Source: Mobula hypostoma (lineage: Eukaryota). From it: a stretch of 64,000 nt of DNA. Location: contig NC_086097.1 of assembly GCF_963921235.1 (NCBI RefSeq), positions 71,116,001-71,180,000 on the forward strand, given 5' to 3'. This document shows positions 14,364 through 27,700 of the stretch, one piece after another. The notes beneath the pieces were generated by a model that worked only from the letters and a program-made list of their open reading frames with translations, had not been told where the DNA came from and searched no databases. How positions within the stretch are numbered: position 1 is the first letter of the stretch; each line of letters begins with the position of its first letter. The position numbers and the translations under genes were made by a program.

Positions 14364-16889
14364 TATCAGTAGGGAAGTGATTCAGGTTCGGAGAAAAAGA
14401 GATGGTGAGTACAGATTACATACTCAAAATGTACACTGAACACATTGTTATAGCTGTTATTAACAACTTACATCATATAATCTTCTGCATTGCAGAAGCA
14501 GTTGAACCAAATATGGATAATAAATGCCTTAAAAATAGAATGGCAGTATTGGAGAGCAGATTTCTAGCATTTGTACTTTCCAGTGTAGTCACCAGGGGGC
14601 AGGCACTGACCAATGCAGCAACACCACAAAGAATCAATGATCATGAAGCAACAATCAAATGCTTAGCATTTTGAAGTATCCTTTTGAAAGCTAAACAATC
14701 TCCATCACAAAATTAACATGGAGATTTCAAATACCTAAGCTAAGAAACAAACTGTTACCACAAGAATAAGTAAATATTTTTCATTGTAGTACAACACAAG
14801 TCCTAATTCCTAAATGGGCTGAAATGAGATGGCTGGCCAGCTGTTGAGAAGGAAACAGCTGGTGTTCATCTGCTCCCATTGCAAGTCTTGGTTCTGCTGA
14901 AAGACTAGCCCCATCTTACTTGTTTCTCATCCCCATTGCTGGGGTCGACATGCAATCCAAAGGCAGAGCCCAAATATTCTGCACTTCCCCAACATCATGC
15001 TGGACAATCCTACTCTCCTCTCCAATGCCATCCAGGCTTGGGGTAGGAGCACCAACCCAGTTTATCTGACCGGGGAATCCATTAGATAGGAAAAGAGAAA
15101 TATGACTGAGTTCAATTATTCATTTTATTTGTTTTATATTATTATATTTTAATGAATGTTTAATTAATTATAATATGAAACAATAATTTTTAAATAAATA
15201 TTTACAGCAACCTCAATAGCTCTTAAATGTCTTAATGAAAAATATTTAAACTCTTATAAAACCTCCTAGTTTTGATAGAAAGGCAGACTCAGTCCAATCA
15301 TCAAAGACTGTCGGGATATTTGAGGGATGGAGCTTTCGAACTACAACACATTATGGTAAACTCCACTGAACCTCAGTATGCCTCATTGGATGTCCCCCAG
15401 CTGTAAAGGGAGAGGTAGGGAAAATCAAATGTGACCCAGTCAATGGCTCATGATGGGCTCCGAAATCTGAGAATAGGTCCAATCCATCTTGATTCAACCC
15501 AGTTGTGCAAAAGGGAGCAATGGCTTCGAACACTTGTAAATGTCTGTGTATATCAATTTAACTCCCCATTGTACTAACCTTCTAAATTACCACAGGCAAC
15601 CTATTGCCAAGAATAATCATACAAAGAAACTATGAATTTCTTCATACTTACAATGCTTGCAGCTTTCACAAATGTACCACTGGTTAAAGTAACATATGAA
15701 ATTCTAAATTCTGTAATGACAAATATCCTAATGTTATAGAGAATCCAATTATTTTTCCTTGATTTGTAATATTTCTAATCAGTCAATTCTATAATGTATT
15801 ACACATCTGGTTTCTGGTACTAAAATTATATAGTTTTATGCAATATCAATGATGTATATAGTAAAAATAATTGATATTAAATTGAAACTTAAAGAGCACT
15901 GTAACAAATATTTTCCTTGGATGTCAGGGAATATATTTCTTAATGTGTTCCTTGTAAAAGTTTAGCTAAATCAGTTATTCATAGAATAAATAGATGAGGC
16001 TGAATTAATTCAATATAGAATAAAATACAAGTCACATAAACGATTAAAAAAAACAGAACTACCTCAAGATCAAGGAAATTTTATTCAATACGTTTCTCAT
16101 CTATGAGATAATGAATATTTGAAGTGTTAAACATCCAATATCAGCATTTATATTATTTATTAATTTACCTTAATACAATATTCAAAGAAAGATAAGCTTA
16201 AATTAAAGTCATGATACTCATTAAATGTGATGCTAAGATGGCCATCTCAATGTGTTCCAAACAGAACAACTTGAAGCTTTCTCTTTATTATGATTATAAG
16301 TTTTGACTGTTCCAGTGAAGAGTGATGAATTGTGGGTATTTTCACAGGTAAAGTCAAACCTTTCTATCACATTTGAAGAGAAGCAGCAGGAGTTCTTCTA
16401 CTTTATCACGTTCGTATATTTTCATACTGACAAGTACGCCCATTAATACTATCATGAGCAAAAAGTGCATTGTCGAGAACTCTAAAGCACGGCACTTTTG
16501 GTTGTCACCATGCTGATTTTGAAGGGGGTAATGATTGGCTTGGATAGCATTATAAACTTTTGTTTTATATGAAGCCAATCAGTCTCAGAATATATAAATA
16601 GTTGAGGAGACTTTTACAGCATTCCTATTTGACTTCTGAAGAAGAATATCATGTATATTTAAACAAATTGCTGAGTAATGTAGTTAGAACTTTGACACCA
16701 TTTCGAACGGCATCTTTTATTGTAATTCTAAATGAATCTTTAGAAATAAGGCATAGGATACCCTAGTTACCATGTAATGTCCTCCAATCACTTCCACTAT
16801 GTTCCCAATACATAGGCAGTATGTCTTTATCAGAATAACCACACTTGGCCTCAACTTGAAAAGGTTTAAAAGAATGAGGGGTGACTCCT

Positions 16890-17252
16890 GGAGGCCTCCA
16901 AACTTCTGAAGGGGTTTGATACAGAGTTTGCACTTGCTGGGATATCGATGCCCAGGCGTCACGGCATCAAAATAAAGGGCCAGCCATTTGGCATAGAGAA
17001 ATTTCTTCACCCAGAGGCATGAATCTTTGGAATTCTCTGCCCAGAGAAATTCTTTGCTGTGACAGCTCAATCAGTGAGTGTATTCATGCCAAGATCAATA
17101 GACGTTTCGATATTAAGGGAATGAATGGAAATGAGTTTAGTACAGGAATGTAACATTGATGTAAATGATCAGCTTTGATCTGACTGAATGGTGGCACAGG
17201 TGTGAGGGACCAAATGGCCTTCTATTGCTCCTATTTCGAAGGTTCTTATGTT
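16890..17252 (+). mobile_element. CR1 LINE 3' fragment
   Basis: RNFFTQR..NLWNSLP motif; 3'UTR AATGGCCT...TGCTCCTATTTC. Confidence 0.75.
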
Positions 17253-20200
17253 ATTGTCATCGTAGAAAATGTTAGCAGCATATAATATTCCATCCACTCT
17301 CTAAACGTAAGATTAAGTTTCTAAACAATTTTGCTTAAACTTTGTTCCACAGCTGGTTGACCTCTTTCAGCTAGTGACTAAATGCTACTCTTAAACAATT
17401 ATAGAGGTCAGAAATATTTAATCTAAATTATTTAGTCTCCGGGTGATTTCTGAGACATCATTGATAGCCAGAAGAGTTCCAGCTGTTGGTTGTACCTGGA
17501 ATTGAACTCTTTTGAGTTGTTTTTTTTTGCCATGGTGATAGAATTCAGTCAGTTTTGTAATTACTGATTCCTGCCACTTTACTTGACCGTGACATGATAC
17601 ATTTGCTGTTGACATCATTACAATTCAAGCAATCTCTAAGGAACCCAATATGCTGAAAATGATGACCATGTCAACAAAGTCACTTCAAGTTCCTTTTTAG
17701 TTAAAGTGTTTCAAAAACTAACAGTCAGCTTGAAAGCACGGAGTCCCAAAACAAACTTCAAAATGCAGTTGCTACTCATCTCCCACAGGGAGCTGCTCAA
17801 CTCTGCCAAATGGACTAGCAAAATATTATGATAACCTTTTCCATCCTAATTTGTACTGCAGGCTGCGTGTGTGCTAGGATCAACATTAATTACTGTATAA
17901 TGTTTCAGGCGTGTAGTTCATGGAAATGTCAGAGAGTTAGCTAAAGGGGATCTAGGATCTCAAGTCATCGGGAGGTACTTGGGTCTGAAAGCTCTTTATA
18001 TACAGTGACTGGAAGAATTTCTGGGACACTGGGATAAGAACATCAATTTAAGTTGTAGAACATGAGATTTAAAGTAATTATGTGTTGTATTGTGAACACA
18101 AATACTGGATGAACATAACTCAACTTCGTTAATTTTTTTGCCTTTAATTGTTACGGACCTTCACCGTAACAATTACGCTTTTACTGACATCTTATTCTAC
18201 AAGAAAGAATCATCAGTACAAAATAATCTTGCTAAATCTGGCTTATTCCAGTTGTGCCCTTAGAATTCAGAAATTAATTTTGACTGCATGGGTCGTTACA
18301 GAGCCCTGCTGGGGAAGAGAAGAATACAACCCTTTTGTTGAGAGGGGAACATACATCCAGGCCTGACATCACAGGAGGGCTTGCCTCAGGAAGTGGATGT
18401 TGAGGCAAATTACCAGTCAAGTAAAGGCGAGCCTTTGGAAATGTGCAGCGCAGGGTGAGGAGGCTAGTTTCCTTGTGTCACAGGTGAGAGGAGGATGTCT
18501 CAAACAGCAATGCCTGCACTGTACTGCTGCAAATCATGATGCTGCACAGTTTGCAGCTCCGTAAGTGGACAGCAGGGGTCACCTTAACATAGTCCTCCTC
18601 CACTGCACCACCTCCTGCATGCAGCTCCTGGATAATAAAGGAAGGCAAACTAACTGTCATTCATAGTTCACTTCTTTTCATGCAATCTTTCTAATTTTAA
18701 TGAAGAATCTTGTGTATCAACAATTTTGATGTTTAACAGCAGCATGACGAACTAGAGCAAAATTATTCTTCATATTTAATGCAGTTTCTCTCCTGACCAA
18801 CTGAGGTTTTCAGAATAATTATTTCTCAAACTTAACTCTGGCTTATGTTCTCCTTTTCTGTGCGTATCTCACAGCGTTTTATGCTTCATAGTTCTGTTTA
18901 GATTGGAGCAAATATATTTCAAAGCCTCAAGAATTTTTATTTATATATCAGATATTGGGAGTGATAATCTGTCAAGCATCACAATCGGGCTCCAATTTAA
19001 TATTCTATTAAGATGGAAAAAACTAATTTCTTTTTGCAGGTGGCAAATAAATCACACTTATTATGAGTAGTATGAACAACAACAGATTCAGAAAATTATG
19101 GCTGCAAGAGATTGCAACAAAAATGTGGGCATTTAATGAGAAATATTAGCAGTAATGGCATGTAAATTTGAGTGGCTTGGTGCACTTTAATCTTCTTTAT
19201 TCATTTTCATGACACCAATTTTATATAGGTACAATGTGCTCAACATCACCTTGGAAACCACAATCACAAAAGACCCTATTAGGCATATAAACTCTGAGGG
19301 AAATAAACTGCTGTCTCTCTTTAATAAATTGCTTTAAAGGTAAACCACTCCTCAATAAAATACTACCGAATTAAATGATTATGAAGACATCCTTTTTTTA
19401 TTAGAAGTAGAGATCTTAAACAGCAGTCTGCTTATCACATTCAATTCTACAAGTTGTCAATTTATAAAAATTAGGCAGGTTTTGGCATGCAAGGGTTGGT
19501 GCAAGTTATTAAATAACAAGAGAAGCAAAAGATTGTATAACACCTCATCAGAATGCAGAGATCTGCTTAAAGAAGAGCAAGTGTTCTTCTATTGAGCAAA
19601 ACATGTTGAATTCTTCTATTTATATATTCCAAAAACACTGATTAGAAATAATGCTTGAACCTCCAGAAATGTTTCTTTTGGCTTGCAACATCTTATATCA
19701 GGCTCTAGTCAAACATTACAGTTCTTTCATTTTTAAGTTTCTGGTTGGCTAACTTTTATAAAAAAAAACATCCAGTGAGTGTACATTGTTTACTTTTGAT
19801 AACAAAGTTGTGTTGGAGACGAAATGTGTTTGAAAGTAGCTTACAGTTGAAGGCAGGTTTAATAACAGGTGAACACTGAAAAATATGCAAACAAAAATGC
19901 AGACATGAATGACTTCATTTAAAACATAATTGCTTCTCATCAACTCAAGAAATCATGCAGAAACACCCTGTATTTCACTCAGGCGGCAAGAGACTGCAGA
20001 AATCACTCGGGCTTAGAGTCTAAATCTAAAGTCCACTCCTGGGTCTCTGCCAGACAACAGCTCTACACACAGCTCCAGGGTCAATGATAGCTCTCAGAAT
20101 CAGAATGCATCATAACAGGTAATCATATGTCAGCTAAGGCAATACATTTTTGGGGGCGATGTATAGACTAATTGCAGAATTTGGAGATATGCCTTGGAGG

Positions 20201-20509
20201 AATGCAGCATTACAAACCATGTCTCTTTATTGTCGTCTGGTCTGGTGTAATTTTGCAGAGAGTAGTTTTAGTATCTGATGTGGCCCATATGCAATTTATT
20301 GTTGGCTTGAAGTCAAGCAGGTAGAGTTATGCAAGCAGGAACTATTTGAAGTTTAGTTAATTGGCCTTTCTGATTTCATCCCCCATTGAAATACTCAGAT
20401 GTTATTGTATTCTTATTTTTCTAATCAGGAAAGGGTTAAAAAAAGATATTATTTATTCCAAAACAGCATGGAAAAGATAATATAAACTTATGATACAATC
20501 ATTGAGAAA

Positions 20510-20640
20510 ATATACTTTATACTTTTTATACTTTATACTTTATTGTCACCAAACAATTGATACTAGAACATACAGTCATCATAGTGATATTTGATTCTGC
20601 ACTTCCCGCTCCCTGGATTACAAATCGATAGTAAATATTA
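20510..20640 (-). mobile_element. LINE 3' end with (TACTTTA)n tail
   Basis: Short tandem TACTTTA run followed by TTTATTG (AATAAA on the minus strand). Confidence 0.45.
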
Positions 20641-20747
20641 AATATTGACTTAGAAATAGAATAGCGGTTTTATTTCACCCAAAAACCCACCCAATCAATC
20701 TGTGACACAAAACCAGAATATCTGTGGGCGTGGGAAGTCAAAATTGG

Positions 20748-20835
20748 AAAATGCTGGAAACACTCAACAGTACAGGCAGCATCTATGGAGAGAGAAAAAA
20801 CAGAGCTCATGCTTTTGGTTGATGACCTTTCATTA
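20748..20835 (-). mobile_element. Decayed Penelope pseudo-LTR tail
   Basis: AATGCTGGAAACACTCAACAG...GGCAGCATCTATGGA matches the tail of the 57862-62926 family. Confidence 0.55.
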
Positions 20836-21827
20836 ATTCATCCCCTGATCCATAAGATATTTCAGATGTGGTGGTCCTACTGCAATATTAATGCTATTCA
20901 TTTGTTATGCTTCTCCTGACAGGTCCACTTTAAACTCTATATTAAGCAATTTCCACATTGCTTGGTGTCTGACCAGCTGAAGAGAAGACACTCGGTTATT
21001 CAGAGGTCTTGAGGTGCCTGCAACCACCGGTATCTAAGTCATGATGGGAGTTACGATTAACTCTCAATTATCATGGGCAGTAAAAAATGACATAAGTTGT
21101 TGCAAGTTTTGGACAGTAACAGTAAGTAATAGATATAATATTAAATATTAAAGTTGATGGCACCTTATACTTTTATTTTCAAGTAGTACTAAATTCAACT
21201 GTATTTTTAGACCCACTGCCAGGTTTATATTTAACTTTTGTTCCAAAATTTTCAAAACACCTCAACAATTGTGGCTCATTAAGCAGCATTAAAAGTAGTA
21301 GCAACCTATTTGTATTACAGGTGAGAAACTCACTTGCTACATATGCTGAAAATATCATACACTTAATTAAAAAAAACACACATTAGCTTGTAACGACAAA
21401 CATTTGTTTGAAAAAGAAAGTCAGTTTGGCTAGAAAATTGATTCAACTGAGTTCTGGTGTGCTAAGCTAATGCTGTCTTTGGAGTTCCTGCAAAGCACAT
21501 GTGAAATTGGCCAAGAAGACATCTGAAGCAGCACTAGGGTGGTTTACAACCAGATACATGTGCCAACATGAGACTTGCACAGTTCCTGATGGGACCATAC
21601 TCATTAAACACAGAATGTGACACACGCTGCACACCAATCTGAGAAGCCCATCGGTCTTAATGATACATTAGGCACCCAGGAACCAACACCATGTTCCATG
21701 GAGGAGAGAGGAAAGTGATCCTGGCTACAGTTCAGTCCTCAACACCAGAATTTTCCATCAGTAAGATGCCAAGACAGCTCAGGCCATGTATACAGTAATA
21801 TTTTTCAAGACCACATGAATGAATCCA

Positions 21828-21913
21828 GACCTGCTGAAGGGACTCAGCCTGAAACGTCAACTGCACTCTTTTCCATAGATGCTGAATTCCTCCAGTGTTT
21901 TGTGTGTGTTGCT
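21828..21913 (+). mobile_element. 86-bp Penelope-derived insertion (hammerhead core plus tail)
   Basis: CTGCTGA-AGGGACTCAGCCT-GAAAC-GTC; perfect 12-bp direct repeat TGAATGAATCCA at 21816-21827 and 21914-21925. Confidence 0.8.
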
Positions 21914-22836
21914 TGAATGAATCCATGATCTGTTTACTGAAGTAGCTCACTAGAAGCGTTTTCAGTGGCTTCCTTCCACCATGACATACCTTGCTAAAGA
22001 TCATTGACTTGAAGACGTGAGGATTGTCATAGCTAGACGAGACAAAAGGAGCCATTTCCTGCCAAGTTCCTCCTGTGTTGTTTCCACTGGTTCTCTTGCC
22101 TCCCCAATAACCTAAAGAAAATCTGACTGTCCTCATGGCATGGATCTTAATGATGCAAATGCCCAAGTCTTATTCATTAAATCTGAGACCACATTCTTCA
22201 GCCTCACAGAGCTTAGTCTGGATTGGGCACTATGAAAAGTCAGCAAGTCCATGATGACCTGTGCAGCCAGTGCTTCCTGGCATAACATCCACAGCCCCAC
22301 TTGAATTGGCTGTTGTGGCCATAATGCAGCTTCCAGCAAGGGAGTACTGCCTGTAGTATCACCACTGAGGAATCCAGTGAAGGAGGGTACTAGTGGATAA
22401 TTACTATTCTATGTTAGTTGTAGTGCAGTCTACTGACTTTGGAAGGTGCATCAGCAATCTGAAGACAGTTGTAAAACTGCCATGCGGCTCTCCCAGTATC
22501 AGCAGCGTGCTTGTTTAAATATTGAGAAAGCAATAAACTCACACAATGTTCTGATATTTTTCCTGGCACCATTGCATAACAAGTATAGTTTCCATCTTTG
22601 AACTCTAATTTATGTCTGCATTAATGCAAATGGACGCTATGCAAAAAGTGAAATCATTAGGTGCATGCCTGACAGATAAAGCAGCAAATTAGCTCGTATC
22701 AATAGTGTCAAAATACCTGTTTCATTGTCCCGAAGATCACTACTTTGTCAGCAATGGTGATCTTCCTGTGGGATAGCCCAATTCATGGAAAATATGCACG
22801 TAAACAGTAGGTACTATGCAATCTAGTTCCTAGGTA

Positions 22837-23779
22837 CAGTGGCTTCCGGCTAATTGTCCAATAGGCTAATTGGGGAATCCACTTATTTGGAACAACACTT
22901 AAAGAACAAAAACTAAATGAGAAAATAGCCGGGAATCCCTTTGTTTATTTGGGACACTACGCCGCTTAATTGATACAGGAGACCGTTGCCAAACAGTTTT
23001 TAACTAGAGTCGCTTGTATATTTGTGGCCATTAGACACTATATTATACTTAGTGTCTACATTATACTTAGAGCATTTTTCAATAGTGTCAGTTGTGTGTG
23101 CTTGAGGTCCAAAAACAGTAATTTTTGTCGCTGTTGTTGGTGAGAAATAAGCAGTAACACAGTTCAGAACTGTTTTTCTCACTGCAGTTTCAAGCATTCA
23201 GGCTTGGAGATGCCAGAAATGGCCGGGAGTGAAAATAAAATGATTTCACTACTTCAACAAGTTAAGAATTACGAAGAATTTGAAGGTATGGACAATCATC
23301 CCTGATGAATGTGGAGGAGTTTGTCATTGAAACGTCAGTCATAATCGATACCTGTACCCAGCTGGAAGCCTGAGAAGAGCTTCTTTGTCATCTACACTGG
23401 GAAAGCAGTCCATCCTTTTATCTTTTTGAACGTTACGATGAAAATGAAAATTTGGATGATGTAATTATCAAAAACAGTGTATGAAGGCAGTCTATTATCT
23501 GTACTAGCTGTCTGTGCTAATTTTGTTCATTTACGGTCAATCAAAATAACAGCAGAGTACTCTGGATGTATTTCTCTGTCAATAAATATTGGGAACCAAT
23601 ACATAGTTTTATAGTACTGTAGCAGTATTGGTAGTGTTCTAATTTGTTCTGTTTTTCATTTAAATACATAATTTGCTATTCAGTTGGATAATAGTTAGTC
23701 TTTTTCTATACCATTTTAACTATTTCGATGAAACTTCGGCTAATTGGGGCAAAGTGTCTGATTTAACCGGAATCTATTG
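22837..23779. mobile_element. Tigger/pogo-like non-autonomous DNA transposon
   Basis: TA-flanked imperfect inverted ends TA|CAGTGGCTTCCGGCTAA ... TTAACCGGAATCTATTG|TA; repeated internal GCTAATTGGG motifs. Confidence 0.7.
23300..23425 (+). mobile_element. Penelope pseudo-LTR fragment with hammerhead core, nested in the Tigger-like element
   Basis: CTGATGA (23302-23308) ... GAAAC GTC (23329-23336); sequence matches the ends of the 6135-7009 element. Confidence 0.75.
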
Positions 23780-23977
23780 TATTTACTAATCATCATTTAC
23801 TATTTCTTATTTAATTTAAAACTAAGACTCATTCTTGCATCATTCAATTGTAAACTAAACTGGATCCTGATATACCTGTTTTGATACATGATACGTAGAT
23901 TACCTGACCCCCCAGAATTTTTTTTGGAGCTTCCTGGTTATTATATCATTTTGATTATGTTATTATTGTGAAAACTG

Positions 23978-24210
23978 TATAACCATATAACAATTACAGC
24001 ACGGAAGCAGGCCATCTCGGCCTTTCTAGTCTGTGCCGATCTCCTACTCTCACCTAGTCCCACCGATCTGCACTCGGTCCATAACCCTCCATTCCTTTCC
24101 TGTCCATATATCTATCCAATTTAACTTTAAATGACAACATCGAACCTGCCTCAACCACTTCTGCTGGAAGCTCGTTCCACTCTCTGAATAAAGAAGTTCC
24201 CCCTCATGTA
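23978..24210 (-). mobile_element. CR1 LINE 3' fragment
   Basis: AACCATATAAC tail, CAGGCCAT hairpin region and GAAGTTCCCCCTCATG (MRGNF on the minus strand). Confidence 0.8.
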
Positions 24211-24747
24211 AAAACTAACTTGCAGCCAAAATTTCTGAATCAGAATTTAAACAGCCATTGATGTAGCAAAAAAATTAAAATCTGCAAGTAATTCTTTCCT
24301 TCCACATTTTGCCATTTTGAAAAATGATTTTCTTTGTCAACGGCCCACATGACAAGCCACAACCTCAGTGAGGTAGGTGATAGTACGGTTGAAAAAAACA
24401 ACATTGAATTGTATATATTTGATGATTAAAATGCCAAAGATGAACAATGAACAAAAAAAAAATACAAATATTGAGCATCTGAAAAAAACTTTAAGAAAAT
24501 TGGAAACATTTAGCAGGTCGGACTGCATCTATAGAACCAGGAAAAGGAGGGGTTCCAAATGAACTGAAACAAACAATATTAAGTGAATCCAGCAAAAGGA
24601 CAGGGAATTCCACATTTGATTCAAAGAAAATAAGGGGAGCGGAAAGAGAAGTTGTGCAATGTGAGAATTAATTCAGCCAGTCAAATAAGAACATTGTTGG
24701 TGAGAAACTGGTTGGACCTCTGTCAAGAAAGATGCAAAAGCTTTCAG

Positions 24748-27700
24748 AGTCATGGTCCAGTCCATGACGTCTGTATTCCGGTTCACGGTCCGGTCCATAG
24801 CCCCTTGCTCCAGGTTTTCCTATCTACCCTGTTTCTGTCCTTGTTGAGCTAATTGAGTCAGCTGATGCTCGTTGGGGCTGGCTGCATAAATACCTCCAGA
24901 GGCCAGGGCGTGGTTGTTGGATTGTTCTTGTCCTTACTCCTTGTATCCCTTCTTCTGCTTCTGTTTCCTCGCCTGAAGCCCTGCCTTGTCTTGCCAGTAA
25001 CTGTTGCCTCACCTGAAGTTCTCGTCTTGCCTTGCTTTGCCAGTAGCCTTGCCTTGTCTTGCTGTCTGGTCCTGGATCCACCCTGTACCTAGCTCCTTTC
25101 CTGTCCCTTGCCTCCGCCCAGGTAAGCCAGGCCGTCTTGCCGTTACCTGGGGTTGGTTCTGTCCCTTCCTGTCCCTTCCTGTCCCTTGCCTCTGTTGGGT
25201 AGTGATCCGCACCCTGCCCAGGTGATCCGCGCCCTGCCCAGGAGGAGCCTGCCAAGCCTCGCCTCAAGCCTCCAGCCTCGCCTCAAGTCTCCAGCCTCCA
25301 GTCTCCAGCCTCGCCTCAAGTCTCCAGCCTCGCCTCGCCTCAAGTCTCCAGCCCCCAGCCTCGCCTCGCCTCAAGTCTCCAGCTTCCAGCCTCGCCTCGC
25401 CTCAAGTCTCCAGCCTCCAGCCTCGCCTCGCCTCGTCTCCAGCCTCCAGCCTCGCCTCGCCTCGTCTCCAGCCTCCAGCCTCGCCTCGTCTCCAGCCTCC
25501 AGCCTCGCCTCGCCTCGTCTCCAGCCCCCAGCCTCGCCTCGCCTCAAGTCTCCAGCCTCCATCCTCGCCTTGCCTCAAGTCTCCAGCCTCCAGCCTCCAT
25601 CCTCGCCTCAAGCCTCCAGCCTCCATCCTCGCCTCAAGCCTCCAGCCTCCAGCCTCGCCTCGCCTCAAGTCTCCAGCCTCCAGCCTCGCCTCGCCTCAAG
25701 TCTCCAGCCTCCAGCCTCGCCTCACCTCAAGTCTCCAGCCTCCAGCCTCGCCTCACCTCAAGTCTCCAGCCTCCAGCCTCGCCTCGCCTCAAGTCTCCAG
25801 CCTCCAGCCTCGCCTCGCCTCGTCTCCAGCCTCCAGCCTTGCCTCGCCTCAAGTCTCCAGCCTCCATCCTCGCCTCGCCTCAAGTCTCCAGCCTCCATCC
25901 TCGCCTTGCCTCAAGTCTCCAGCCTCCATCCTCGCCTCAAGCCTCCAGCCTCCAGCCTCGCCTCAAGCCTCCAGCCTCCAGCCTCGCCTCGCCTCAAGCC
26001 TCCAGCCTCCAGCCTCGCCTCGCCTCAAGTCTCCAGCCTCCAGCCTCGCCTCGCCTCAAGTCTCCAGCCTCCAGCCTCGCCTCGCCTCAAGTCTCCAGCC
26101 TCCAGCCTCGCCTCGCCTCAAGTCTCCAGCCTCCAGCCTCGCCTCGCCTCAAGTCTCCAGCCTCCAGCCTCGCCTCGCCACAAGTCTCCAGCCTCCAGCC
26201 TCGCCTCGCCTCAAGTCTCCAGCCTCCAGCCTCGCCTCGCCTCAAGTCTCCAGCCTCCAGCCTCGCCTCGCCTCAAGTCTCCAGCCTCCAGCCTCGCCTC
26301 GCCTCAAGTCTCCAGCCTCCAGCCTCGCCTCGCCTCAAGTCTCCAGCCTCCAGCCTCGCCTCGCCTCAAGTCTCCAGCCTCCAGCCTCGCCTCGCCTCAA
26401 GTCTCCAGCCTCCATCCTCGCCTCGCCTCAAGTCTCCAGCCTCCATCCTCGCCTCGCCTCAAGTCTCCAGCCTCCATCCTCGCCTCAAGCCTCCAGCCTC
26501 CAGCCTCGCCTCAAGCCTCCAGCCTCCAGCCTCGCCTCGCCTCCAGCCTCCAGCCTCGCCTCGCCTCAAGCCTCCAGCCTCCAGCCTCGCCTCGCCTCAA
26601 GTCTCCAGCCTCCAGCCTCGCCTCGCCTCAAGTCTCCAGCCTCCAGCCTCGCCTCGCCTCAAGTCTCCAGCCTCCAGCCTCCAGCCTCGCCTCGCCTCAA
26701 GTCTCCAGCCTCCAGCCTCGCCTCAAGTCTCCAGCCTCCATCCTCGCCTTGCCTCAAGTCTCCAGCCTCCATCCTCGCCTTGCCTCAAGTCTCCAGCCTC
26801 CAGCCTCCAGCCTCGCCTCAAGCCTCAAGCCTCCAGCCTCGCCTCAAGCCTCCAGCCTCCAGCCTCGCCTCAAGCCTCCAGCCTCGCCTCGCCTCAAGAC
26901 TCCAGCCTCCAGCCTCGCCTCGCCTCAAGCCTCCAGCCTCCAGCCTCGCCTCGCCTCAAGCCTCCAGCCTCCAGCCTCGCCTCGCCTCAAGCCTCCAGCC
27001 TCCAGCCTCGCCTCGCCTCAAGTCTCCAGCCTCCAGCCTCGCCTCGCCTCAAGTCTCCAGCCTCCAGCCTCGCCTCGCCTCAAGTCTCCAGCCAGCCTCG
27101 CCTCGCCTCAAGTCTCCAGCCTCCAGCCTCGCCTCAAGTCTCCAGCCTCCAGCCTCGCCTCGCCTCAAGTCTCCAGCCTCCAGCCTCGCCTCGCCTCAAG
27201 TCTCCAGCCTCCAGCCTCGCCTCGCCTCAAGTCTCCAGCCTCCAGCCTCGCCTCGCCTCAAGTCTCCAGCCTCCAGCCTCGCCTCGCCTCAAGTCTCCAG
27301 CCTCCAGCCTCGCCTCGCCTCAAGTCTCCAGCCTCCAGCCTCGCCTCGCCTCAAGTCTCCAGCCTCCAGCCTCGCCTCGCCTCAAGTCTCCAGCCTCCAG
27401 CCTTGCCTCCAGCCTCCAGCCTCGCCTCAAGCCTCCAGCCTCCAGCCTCGCCTCGCCTCCAGCCTCCAGCCTCGCCTCGCCTCAAGCCTCCAGCCTCGCC
27501 TCGCCTCAAGCCTCCAGCCTCGCCTCGCCTCAAGCCTCCAGCCTCCAGCCTCGCCCCGCCTCAAGTCTCCAGCCTCCAGCCTCGCCTCGCCTCAAGTCTC
27601 CAGCCTCCAGCTTCGTCTCGCCTCAAGTCTCCAGCCTCCAGCCTCGCCTCGCCTCAAGTCTCCAGCCTCCAGCCTCGCCTCGCCTCAAGTCTCCAGCCTC

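Noticed and set aside
18484..18566. Possible small exon (TGTCACAG…GTAAGT)
   Set aside because: One frame is open, but there is no recognisable peptide and no partner exons; such signals occur by chance
142..24852. Numerous 60-140 aa ORFs outside recognised elements
   Set aside because: Lengths expected by chance, many with non-ATG starts, no recognisable domains
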